From: Eledone cirrhosa | Taxonomy: Eukaryota | Direction: 5' to 3' | Length of the DNA: 64,000 nt | Assembly (NCBI GenBank): GCA_964016885.1 | Contig: OZ024760.1 | Location: 31,806,001 to 31,870,000, forward strand | Part shown: piece by piece, positions 37,237 to 48,721 of the stretch | Numbering within the stretch: position 1 is the first letter of the stretch | How the letters are laid out: the number at the start of each line of letters is the position of its first letter | Notes under the pieces: generated by a model | Databases searched by the model: none | What the model was told of the DNA's origin: nothing | What the model saw: only the letters and a program-made list of their open reading frames with translations | Translations under genes and position numbers: made by a program

Positions 37237-40163
37237 CAGTGCTACAGCTTGGTCACAGTCTAATAACTGAAACCAGTGCTACAGCATGGCCACAGTCTAA
37301 TGACTGAAACCAGTGCTACAGCTTGGCCACAGTTTAATGACTGAAACCAGTGCTACAGCATGGCCTCAGTCTAATGACTGAAACCAGTGCTACAGCTTGG
37401 CCACAGTCTAATGACTGAAACCAGTGCTACAGCATGGCCACAGTCTAATAACTGAAACCAGTTCTACAGCTTGGCCACAGTCTAATAACTGAAACCAGTG
37501 CTACAGCTTGGCCACAGTCTAATAACTGAAACCAGTGCTACAGCTTGACCACAGTCTAATGACTGAAACCAGTGCTACAGCTTGGCCATAGTCTAATGAC
37601 TGAAACCAGTGCTACAGCATGGCCACAGTCTAATAACTGAAACCAGTGCTACAGCTTGGCCACAGTCTAATAACTGAAACAAGTGCTACAGCTTGGCCAC
37701 AGTCTAATGACTGAAACCAGTGCTACAGCTTGGCCATAGTCTAATAACTGAAACCAGTGCTACAGCATGGCCACAGTCTAATAACTGAAACCAGTGCTAC
37801 AGCATGGCCACAGTCTAATAACTGAAACCAGTGCTACAGCTTGGCCACAGTCTAATAACTGAAACCAGTTCTACAGCTTGGCCACAGTCTAATAACTGAA
37901 ACCAGTGCTACAGCTTGGCCACAGTCTAATAACTGAAACCAGTGCTACAGCTTGACCACAGTCTAATGACTGAAACCAGTGCTACAGCTTGGCCATAGTC
38001 TAATGACTGAAACCAGTGCTACAGCATGGCCACAGTCTAATAACTGAAACCAGTGCTACAGCTTGGCCACAGTCTAATAACTGAAACCAGTGCTACAGCA
38101 TGGCCACAGTCTAATGACTGAAACTAGTGCTGCAGCTTGGCCATAGTCTAATAACTGAAACCAGTGCTACAGCATGGCCACAGTCTAATAACTGAAACCA
38201 GTGCTACAGCATGGCCACAGTCTAATAACTGAAACCAGTGCTACAGCTTGGCCACAGTCTAATAACTGAAACCAGTGCTAGAGCATGGCCACAGTCTAAT
38301 GACTGAAACCAGTGCTACAGCTTGGCCACAGTCTAATAACTGAAACCAGTGCTACAGCTTGGCCACAGTCTAATAACTGAAACCAGTGCTACAGCATGGC
38401 CACAGTCTAATGACTGAAACCAGTGCTACAGCTTGGCCATAGTCTAATAACTGAAACCAGTGCTAGAGCATGGCCACAGTCTAATGACTGAAACCAGTGC
38501 TACAGCTTGGCCACAGTCTAATAACTGAAACCAGTGCTACAGCTTGGCCACAGTCTAATGACTGAAACCAGTGCTACAGCTTGGCCATAGTCTAATAACT
38601 GAAACCAGTGCTACAGCATGGCCACAGTCTAATAACTGAAACCAGTGCTACAGCATGGCCACAGTCTAATAACTGAAACCAGTGCTACAGCATGGCCACA
38701 GTCTAATGACTGAAACCAGTGCTACAGCTTGGCCATAGTCTAATAACATAAACCAGTGCTACAGCATGGCCACAGTCTAATGACTGAAACCAGTGCTACA
38801 GCTTGGCCACAGTCTAATAACTGAAACCAGTGCTACAGCATGGCCACAGTCTAATAACTGAAACCAGTGCTACAGCTTGGCCACAGTCGAATAACTGAAA
38901 CCAGTGCTACAGCTTGGCCACAGTCTAATAACTGAAACCAGTGCTACAGCTTGGCCACAGTTTAATGACTGAAACCAGTGCTACGGCATGGCCACAGTCT
39001 AATAACTGAAACCAGTGCTACAGCTTGGCCACAGTCTAATAACTGAAACCAGTGCTACAGCATGGCCACAGTCTAATGACTGAAACCAGTGCTACAGCTT
39101 GGCCATAGTCTAATAACTGAAACCAGTGCTACAGCTTGGCCACAGTCTAATGACTGAAACCAGTGCTACAGCATGGCCACAGTCTAATGACTGAAACCAG
39201 TGCTACAGCTTGGCCACAGTCTAATGACTGAAACCAGTGCTACAGCTTGGCCACAGTCTAATGACTGAAACCAGTGCTACAGCTTGGCCACAGTCTAATA
39301 ACTGAAACCAGTGCTACAGCTTGGCCACAGTCTAATGACTGAAACCAGTGCTACAGCTTGGCCACAGTCTAATAACTGAAACCAGTGCTACAGCTTGGCC
39401 ACAGTCTAATGACTGAAACCAGTCTACAGCATGGCCACAGTCTAATAACTGAAACCAGTGCTACAGCTTGGCCACAGTCTAATGACTGAAACCAGTGCTA
39501 CAGCATGGCCACAGTCTAATGACTGAAACCAGTGCTACAGTATGGCCACAGTCTAATGACTGAAACCAGTGCTACAGCTTGGCCACAGTCTAATAACTGA
39601 AACCAGTGCTACAGCTTGGCCACAGTCTAATAACTGAAACCAGTGCTACAGCTTGGCCACAGTCTAATGACTGAAACCAGTCTACAGCATGGCCACAGTC
39701 TAATAACTGAAACCAGTGCTACAGCTTGGCCACAGTCTAATGACTGAAACCAGTGCTACAGCTTGGCCACAGTCTAATAACTGAAACCAGTTCTACAGCT
39801 TGGCCACAGTCTAATAACTGAAACCAGTGCTACAGCTTGGCCACAGTCTAATAACTGAAACCAGTGCTACAGCTTGGCCACAGTCTAATGACTGAAACCA
39901 GTGCTACAGCTTGGCCACAGTCTAATAACTGAAACCAGTGCTACAGCTTGGCCACAGTCTAATAACTGAAACCAGTGCTACAGCTTGGCCACAGTCTAAT
40001 AACTGAAACCAGTGCTACAGCTTGGCCACAGTCTAATAACTGAAACCAGTGCTACAGCTTGGCCACAGTCTAATGACTGAAACCAGTGCTACAGCTTGGC
40101 CACAGTCTAATAACTGAAACCAGTGCTACAGCTTGGCCACAGTCTAATAACTGAAACCAGTGA
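37237..40163. repeat. 37-bp tandem satellite CAGTGCTACAGCWTGGCCACAGTCTAATRACTGAAAC, about 79 copies
   Basis: Period 37 measured (37274 to 37311). Head-to-tail with no spacers. Confidence 0.97.
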
Positions 40164-40404
40164 AAGAATAAAAGACTTGTCTAAGTGGGAAATGTTTATG
40201 AAACTGAAAGACTTGCTGAAGAATTCCTGTTGTTAATAAATTTGAAAAACTGGAAATAATCCAATTGGTTGAAACATAACAACAGTAAATGGAGGAGACC
40301 TCTTAATGGTTGTCTGATCTGCTAGAAATAACAGTGAACATATCTCTCAAACAACAGTTTATATAAAAGACATGTTTGAATATTGTTGGCCAGTTTACAC
40401 TGTA

Positions 40405-41045
40405 GGTATTCAAGATTAATCCCTACCCTTATATGCTGTCTGCTTCGTGGGGCCTGGCTGACAGGATGGAGAAGGCCTGGACGACAGTGGGGGAGATATG
40501 CTGGAACAGTCACTCCACCTTGCAGGGCTTGCACCTGTGGGCAGGGTTGCCAACTCCGCTCTGATAGCAGTGAGCAGGGATGTGGTTTGGAAGGGGTCAA
40601 CTCTCCCATAGCAGGGAGCAAGAATGTGGCCCAGAAGGGGTTATCTCCTCCCCTATAGCAGTGATCAGTGTGGTGGCCCAGAAGGGGTCATCTCCTCTCC
40701 CATAGCAGTGATCAGTGTTGTGACCCAGAAGGGGTCATCCCCTCTCCCATAGCAGTGATCAGTGTTGTGGCCCAGAAGGGGTCATCTTCTCTCCCGTAGC
40801 AGTGATCAGTGTTGTGACCCAGAAGGGGTCAGCAAGAACACCAGAAATCTCCAAGGCTACAGGCTCAAGCACAAACCTATCAGAGAGTGGCTGATACTTG
40901 GACAGTTTACCGTCTTTGGCCTGCTGGGCAGCAAAGCCTGGCCTGGTGTCCGAAGGCACCAGTTTGCCACTAGAGAAGGTGTCACAGCATGTGACATCCT
41001 AGATGAAGGACCTAACCCCCACAGAACGGGAAGATTTACACTGTT
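40405..41045 (-). mobile_element. 3' fragment of a CRE-like non-LTR element (restriction-like endonuclease domain) with internal 47-bp tandem repeat
   Basis: *DVTCCDTF...GFAAQQAKDGKLSKYQPLSDRFVLEPVALEISGVL matches the RLE 'WDVT..DT...K..KY......F.P.A.ET.G' pattern. About five 47-bp units at 40590-40830. Confidence 0.7.
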
Positions 41046-41641
41046 CTAGTAGAAGAAGAGGCAGGATTGTCATGACCGGATTGGACTTAGATCATAACCC
41101 TGCTCTGTCAGAGCTGACCTGGGGCTAAACAACAACAACAATCACAAATGAAGTTTTGTTATCTGGTGGGTGGAGGTGGGGTGGGTCTAATAAAGTTTTT
41201 CAAGCTAACAAAGGAACCAATATGTGGTTCCTCAATCTGCTGGAAATGGTACACAAATTTCCCTCAAAACCACACCCTAATATAATAATAATGAAAATTA
41301 TTGCATACAGTGCTCAGGTGCACTACAACTCATCAAAGGTGTATGTATAGTACATAGAATAATGTACAAATGTCAGGAAAGTGAACAGTGTATGAGTCAT
41401 GATATTTTACAAACAATATTTAAGGGACACATTTCATAAACCCTTTTGATTCAAAACTCCCTGAAACTGTTTCTCGTTCTATGATACTAAAGCTATTTCT
41501 TTTAAAGTGTTTGTATTTAACTAAAAAACCCTTCCATTATAATATCATGTAAGAACGTTTGTTAAGTTATGTTCCAAAGACCAACTTAATAATGAGAAAG
41601 TTAGTTTGTATTAATGATTTGATCAGTCACACACATATAAA

Positions 41642-41850
41642 CACCAGCTCCGAACACAGAGGAACCAAACTCCCACTGTCATCCCCTCCTGCTCTCCCCA
41701 TCTCTCATATACACCAGGTCCGAACACAGAGGAACCAAACTCCCACTGTCATCCCCTCCTGCTCTCCCCATCTCTTATATACACCAGGTCCGAACACAGA
41801 GGAACCAAACTCCCACTGTCATCACCTCCATCTCTCCTGCTCTCCCCATA
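41642..41850. repeat. 70-bp tandem repeat, three copies
   Basis: CACCAGGTCCGAACACAGAGGAACCAAACTCCCACTGTCATC... at 41642, 41712 and 41782. Confidence 0.9.
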
Positions 41851-41956
41851 CCTCATTATTATGAGCAAATTGGGACCCAAGCAATGGTCACCCTGCGGTC
41901 CCAGCGGACAGAATAGAAAGTTAGTTATTACTAAATCACTTCAAATTCTTGATTAA

Positions 41957-43343
41957 CCCTTTATCATTTACATTGCTCTATATATATTATTATATTTTCA
42001 CAATAAAGGCTTTACCTCACATGCTATCTCACATAACATTTACATTACTCTATATATATTATTATATTTTCACAGTAAAGGCTTTACCTCACATAACATT
42101 TACATTACTTTATATATACTATTATATTTTCACAGTAAAGGCTTTACCTCACATTATATCTCACATAACATTTACATTACTCTCTATATATTATTATATT
42201 TTCACAATAAAGGCTTTACCTCACATGCTATCTCACATAACATTTACATTACTCTATATATATTATTATATTTTCACAGTAAAGGCTTTACCTCACATAA
42301 CATTTACATTACTTTATATATACTATTATATTTTCACAGTAAAGGCTTTACCTCACATTATATCTCACATAACATTTACATTACTCTATATATATTATTA
42401 TATTTTCACAGTAAAGGCTTTACCTCACATTATATCTCACATAACATTTACATTACTCTATATATACTATTATATTTTCACAGTAAAGGCTTTACCTCAC
42501 ATAATATCTCACATAACATTTACATTACTCTATATATACTATTATATTTTCACAGTAAAGGCTTTACCTCACATAACATTTACATTACTCTATATATACT
42601 ACGAGGGCGGTGGATTGGCAGTATCGGTAGAGGGTCGGACGCCATGCTTTCCAGCATAGTTATGTCCCTTTACGATCTGAGTTCAAATCCCGCCGAGGTT
42701 GACTTTGCCTTTCATCCTTACGGGGTCGATAAAATAAAAGTACCAGTAATGTACTGGGTAATTGCTGGCCTTGTGCCAAAAGTAGAAACAATTACTCTAT
42801 ATATACTATTATATTTTCACAGTAAAGGCTTTACCTCACATAACATTTACATTACTCTATATATACTATTGTATTTTCACAGTAAAGGCTTTACCTCACA
42901 TAATATCTCACATAACATTTACATTACTCTATATATACTATTGTATTTTCACAGTAAAGGCTTTACCTCACATAATATCTCACATAACATTTACATTACT
43001 CTATATATACTATTGTATTTTCACAGTAAAGGCTTTACCTCACATAATATCTCACATAACATTTACATTACTCTATATATACTATTGTATTTTCACAGTA
43101 AAGGCTTTACCTCACATAATATCTCACATAACATTTACATTACTCTATATATACTATTATATTTTCACAGTAAAGGCTTTACCTCACATAATATCTCACA
43201 TAATATCGAGTCTATGAGATTTTGATATTATTTATTTTGAGAATAGTACCTCAATGTCAGTATAAGCAGCTGGTTACAGTCGATTTGAACAGAAAGAGGT
43301 GAGAGAATTCTGGCCGGATATGGTCGGTTTAAATGCTAAAGGG
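41957..43343. mobile_element. Second TTAA-flanked MITE with internal 60/72-bp satellite, opposite orientation to 10744-14997
   Basis: TTAA|CCCTTTATCATTTA ... TAAATGCTAAAGGG|TTAA, with the array at about 41965-43205. Confidence 0.85.
42602..42790 (+). mobile_element. SINE family 1 inserted in the satellite, about 18-bp TSD
   Basis: ATTACTCTATATATACTA on both sides. A box TGGCAGTATCGG and B box GAGTTCAAATCCC. Confidence 0.9.
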
Positions 43344-43434
43344 TTAATTAAAAACCATAGGTACCATTTATTCATTGGAAATATGATAATGAAACGGTTA
43401 TGTTCCAAACAGCAGCTTAATAATGAGAAACTGC

Positions 43435-43615
43435 AGGTCAACTATGGAGGCTTGACGTGGCTTCTCAACCTGCTAGAAATAGCAGTCAAACCTCATGATA
43501 CTGTCAGTTCGGTCATTACTATTCTGCCACGCCCCCTCAGGTCAACTACGGAGGCTTGACGTGGCTTCTCAATCTGCTAGAAATAGCAGTCAAACCTCAT
43601 GATACTGTCATTTTG
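43435..43615. repeat. About 72-bp direct duplication (43435 / 43539)
   Basis: AGGTCAACTAYGGAGGCTTGACGTGGCTTCTCAAYCTGCTAGAAATAGCAGTCAAACCTCATGATACTGTCA occurs twice. The TGCTAGAAAT motif recurs at 40320, 41238 and 43631. Confidence 0.85.
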
Positions 43616-43807
43616 GTCCCCACCTTGACCTGCTAGAAGTAGCAGTCAAACTTGACGTAGCTTCTCAACTAGGGACCCAATGTCATTGTAAAGATGGGGT
43701 CAGTTGTTATTGTTTTCAACTGATCATTGAAACAGAGGGAAACTTGGGTCCCTGGTGTCATTGTAAATTAGGGTCCCAGTTTTCAAAACATTATCTAACT
43801 ATATATA

Positions 43808-43992
43808 GGGCGGTGTATTGGCAGTATCGGTAGAGGGTCGGACGCCATGCTTTCCAGCATAGTTACGTCCCTTTACGATCTGAGTTCAAATCCCACCGAG
43901 GTTGACTTTGCCTTTCATCCTTACGGGGTCAATAAAATAAAGTACCAGTAATGCACTGGGAAATTGCTGGCCTTGTGCCTAAAGTAGAAACA
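43808..43992 (+). mobile_element. SINE family 1, full length with about 18-bp TSD
   Basis: ATTATCTAACTATATATA on both sides, with A and B boxes. Confidence 0.92.
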
Positions 43993-44139
43993 ATTATCTA
44001 ACTATATATAGTCACCATTACAGCGTATTATATTGAAATTTTTATATCATCTCTCTCTCTCTCTCTATATATATATATACTCTGCTATGTATTGGGTCAC
44101 TTATTTACTGTGGTTACCTCCAATTGAACCCGGGATAAG

Positions 44140-44190
<51 letters not shown>

Positions 44191-44532
44191 TTATATACAC
44201 ACATATACATATATATATCATACTCTTTCACTGTTGTGTGTACATGCACACACCCAAATAGAGGAATATAGCTAAGTGTATATATATATATATATAAACA
44301 CACAGTATATATACACAATATATATTACTCCATCACCCCTGCAATCATTGCTTACTCCCTCCATAAGCATACACACACACATACACATACATGCACACAT
44401 ACACATACACACATACACATACACACACACATACACATACACATACATACACACATACACACACACCCTCACCCACACTAAGCTAAGATGGTATTTGTAA
44501 AATGCATTGGTTTAATTTGTAATAATTGTAAT

Positions 44533-44725
44533 AATAATTGTTTCTACTTTTGACACAAGACCAGCAATTATCCCACTGTATTACTGGTACTTTATTTTAT
44601 CGACCCAGTAAGGATGAAAGGCAAAGTTAGCCTCAGCGGGATTTGAACTTAGAATGGCAAGGGACGTAACTCTGTGCTGCAAAGCATGGCGGCCGACCCT
44701 CTTCCGATACTGCCAATCCACCGCG
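44533..44725 (-). mobile_element. SINE family 1
   Basis: Reverse complement of the 43808 copy. Confidence 0.88.
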
Positions 44726-45106
44726 TAATAATAATGATAATGAAAATTATTGTGTACAGTGCTCAGGTGCACTACAACTCATTAATTAAATTAGATAATT
44801 ACTCACCTTAGAGAAATGAACCTTACATCCTTCTGTAGGACCCTTAGAATTGTAAGTGACAAAGATTTTCTCCATACCAAATATTCTGGTCATTCTACCA
44901 GATACATATATCTGTTGACTGACCAGTAAAATGTTTGTGTTTATATTTTGGTCATTCTACATCTGTCTGTTAAAATGACCAACAAGGGATTAATTAATAA
45001 TATATTAACAGATTTGATTATCATTAATTAAAGTGATGGAGATTTTCAAGACGATAAAGAAGAAATTCTTATAGTTATGGAAATTTGACTGGTTCCATAT
45101 AAACTC

Positions 45107-45188
45107 TTATATCTAAAGAAATGTCGATTAAGGATCCGATCGCCAGATCAAACTCAAGCTGATCGATATAGAAACTATTGTAATATGA
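45107..45188 (+). ncRNA. Hammerhead motif with one core substitution
   Basis: UUAUAU-CUaAAGA-a AUGUCGAUUA...UGAUCGAUAU a-GAAA-CUAUUG-UA-AUAUGA, then AATAAA. Confidence 0.6.
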
Positions 45189-45222
45189 AATAAAGTTTCA
45201 CAACACGCTGCAATTCTTATTG

Positions 45223-45313
<91 letters not shown>

Positions 45314-45497
45314 GTTTAGATGGGTTGATAATACAACTGTATAAAGGTGAAGAATATTCACAGCTCAAATGTGATTCTATAGTCCACGGCAATATTGGTA
45401 AAAGACAGTTCAGAGTTTAATCCAATCGGTAAATTTCCAATCACGTTTGTTTTACAATATCACAGAGTAGATATATAAAATAAATAAAAATAACCAA

Positions 45498-45564
45498 GAT
45501 TCTGAAGAGATCAATACAGTAGAAATGTATTTTCTTACTGTATTGATTGAAACATTTGTAAATC
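45498..45564 (+). ncRNA. Minimal type I hammerhead ribozyme motif, intact core
   Basis: GAUU-CUGAAGA-GAUCAAUACAGUA gaaauguauuuucu UACUGUAUUGAUU-GAAA-CAUUUG-UA-AAUC. 13-bp stem II and GUA cleavage triplet. Confidence 0.82.
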
Positions 45565-45770
45565 AATTGAATAATTGAATTGAATTTAATCCTGGATATA
45601 TACATATATTATATATATTATATTATATATATATATATTACATTATATATATATTATATATATAAATGAAAGGTATAGAAAGTATTGTATATATTATATA
45701 TATATTATATTATGTATTTATATTATATATATATATATATATATGTATTATATTTTATATATATATTATG

Positions 45771-45805
<35 letters not shown>

Positions 45806-46091
45806 GTGTGTGTGTACACATGTTTTTTTTGTTTTTGTTTTGTGGTTTTTTGTAACAGTTGTATAAAGATTGTCTCGCCTTCACTTAGAAATGTCAACCT
45901 AACTTTCACAGATAAAAGTTTCCGTTATAAGTTTTTTTTGGTGGCGGGAATAAAATCCTTTTTTCTCTTTTTCTCTTTTTTGTTTTTGAAAGTGAGTTTA
46001 ATAATAACTACAGAAAGTTGATATAACTAACGTAACGTCTGGGGTTTACAGATGTGAACATTTATCAACATCATCATCATTATTGTTACTT

Positions 46092-46315
46092 GGGCGGTGA
46101 GTTGGCAGAATCGGTAGAGCGGCTGACACTATGCTTTGCAACATAGAGTTACATCCCTTTACATTCTGAGTTCAAATCCCTCCGAGGTCAACTTTGCCTT
46201 TCATCCTTACGGATGTCGATAAAATAAAGTACCAGTAATGTACTGGGGATGATTTAATTGACTTTCTCCACCCCTAAAATTGTCGGCCTTGTGTCTGTCG
46301 GCCTGTCAGAAACAG
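46092..46315 (+). mobile_element. SINE family 1 (long-tail variant)
   Basis: GGGCGGTGAGTTGGCAGAATCGGTAGAG...GAGTTCAAATCCC...AAAGTACCAGT. Confidence 0.85.
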
Positions 46316-46512
46316 TTGTTGTTGTTGCTAATGTTGTTAAATGAAATCATTGTTGTTGTTGTTGTTGTTGTATGACATGTGTACATGTGGTTGGTGTGAG
46401 CTTCTTATGGGTGTGTCTTTGTATTATCATAAATGTTATTAATTAAGTCATCTGGGGGTGGGAACAACGAGACAGGGGGTGTGCCTGCATGGGGGTGGGG
46501 ATAACGAGGCAG

Positions 46513-46620
46513 TTAGTTGGGTAGTTGGGTAGTTGGGTGTTTGGGTAGTTGGGTAGTTGGGTAGTTGGGTGGTTGGGTGGTTGGATGGTCAGTTAATTGG
46601 GTGGTCAGATGGTTGGGTGG
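46513..46620. repeat. (TTGGGTAG/TTGGGTGG)n G-rich microsatellite
   Basis: Read directly. Confidence 0.85.
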
Positions 46621-47254
46621 AACAATATAGACAGTGAAATGAAATTTAGGGTAGGGTGGGGGTCACTACATATACATTATCATCATCATCATCAATATCA
46701 TTATTAATGTCCACATTCCCTGCTAAGAAGAATATTTCACAATTCAATATAATTCTTTAACCCTCAGTTGTAGAATTAAGTAGAAATTATTGGCTCGTTA
46801 CTGAAAGTTAACTAAAATATTACAAAAATAAAGAAAAAAACTGGAGGTCAACAAAATAACCTTTAATAATTTTGGTAGGAGTTTTGTTGTTGTTATTATT
46901 ATTATTTTTACAAATTCCCCAAAAGTGGGGAGACCTCCAAGGGTCACTCGTAGAGAGCGGTCCGCGTGATTTTTAAATGTTTATTTTTTTTTAGGTCTTT
47001 GTTATAAACTTTTTTATATTACACGCTAAAAAACAAACAAGCCCACCCAATGTACCCCTGTACCTGTGTTGTCTTTACTGTTTCCTTAATGTAAACCCTA
47101 TGTGGCTAATAAAGAAACCATTATTATTGTTATTTGTTACACAGTGTTGATGGAGAATTCACCGGAGTATTTAGTCACCTGTCAAGCTACAAGGACCACA
47201 TAATACTGCCCTTAAAATGTGCGCAGTACCTAGCAAGTATTATTATTATTATTG

Positions 47255-47531
47255 TGGATTCAAATCCCGCCGAGGTTGACTTTGTCTTTCATCCTTACGG
47301 GGTCGATAAAATAAAGTACCAGTAATGCACTGGGTAATTGCTGGCCTTGTGCCTAAAGTAGAAACAATTATTATTATTGTGGATTGGCAGTATCGGTAGA
47401 AGGTTGGACGACATGCTTTGCAGCATAGAGTTACGGCCCTTTATAGTCTAAGTTCAAATACCGCCGAGGTTAACTTTGCCTTTCATCCTTACGGGGTCGA
47501 TAAAATAAAGTACTAGTAATGCACTGGGATA

Positions 47532-47533
<2 letters not shown>
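47255..47533 (+). mobile_element. Two tandem SINE family 1 copies (47255-47370 deleted or truncated, 47379-47533) ending in (ATT)n
   Basis: Both match the 43808 copy. Confidence 0.85.
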
Positions 47534-47580
<47 letters not shown>

Positions 47581-47884
47581 TGTTGTTATTCTTCGGTAAT
47601 TTAATTGTGTCGTTATATTCAAGCGTTAAACTATAAACAAAACTGACCTATTACCTACAAAACATAATTTAAAACTGTTTAGTACCAACCCCAGACCACA
47701 TCTTCTTCTATGATTAAAATTTAAAATGAAAGTGGGTTTTCTGGGGAGTTAAAGTGTGTATGCATGTGTGTTTCTAGATATGTGTGTGTGTGTGTGTCTA
47801 AATAAGTGTGTGTGTGTGTTTGTGTTTGTGTGCATATATAATAGTATCAATGTATTTATGTCTATGTTTGTGTGTGTGTGTGTG

Positions 47885-47969
<85 letters not shown>

Positions 47970-48322
47970 ATGTATATATATATATATATATAATATATGA
48001 TGTAAAGATCCTGAAAAATTCAGCAGAAATGCCAAATGCCAACTTTTTCCAAACCGGTCCAACATAAAGTTTTTGGGTGAGGTTGTTTGGACCTCATTTG
48101 AAATAAGTTGAAGTTTAATCCGAGGAATAATCCGGAAGTGTACAGTCAATTGTGAGAGAAGAAGAAGAAGAAGAAGGAATTATTTCAAAAAAACCAAACA
48201 ACGCCAAGAATTTCCTCCTCTTCACGTGGACATTTTGGTAACAGTAAGAAGAACTTCAATGACGGCATTGTATTGAAGAACTAAATAGAAGTAAATAAAT
48301 ATGTGTGTGTATGAGTATGTGA

Positions 48323-48435
<113 letters not shown>

Positions 48436-48444
48436 TAACATACT

Positions 48445-48491
<47 letters not shown>

Positions 48492-48721
48492 CTAAGAATA
48501 GCTCATGGCTGCATATAAGAGAATGTTAGGAGTTTGTTTTGTTTTAAGAGAGAGATAGAGAAGGTGAAAGAGAGAGAGAGGGGGAGGTAGATTAGGAGTC
48601 AAGTAGTAGCCACCCCCCGCCCCCTCTCTATTGATGGAATACTGGGTGGAGGAGGAGACTGAAGTGATTCTGTCAGTGTGGTGGAGCTCAGACCCAATGG
48701 TTATATCTGTATCTTGTACTC

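Noticed and set aside
37237-40163. CRISPR-like 37-bp repeat
   Set aside because: Units are directly adjacent with no unique spacers, there are no cas genes, and the context is eukaryotic.
46513-46620. Interstitial telomere
   Set aside because: The unit is TTGGGTAG/TTGGGTGG, not TTAGGG. It is a short G-rich microsatellite only.
48240-48295. Additional hammerhead around the CTTCAAT...ATTGAAG hairpin
   Set aside because: Both CUGAnGA and GAAA boxes are too degenerate to support a call.
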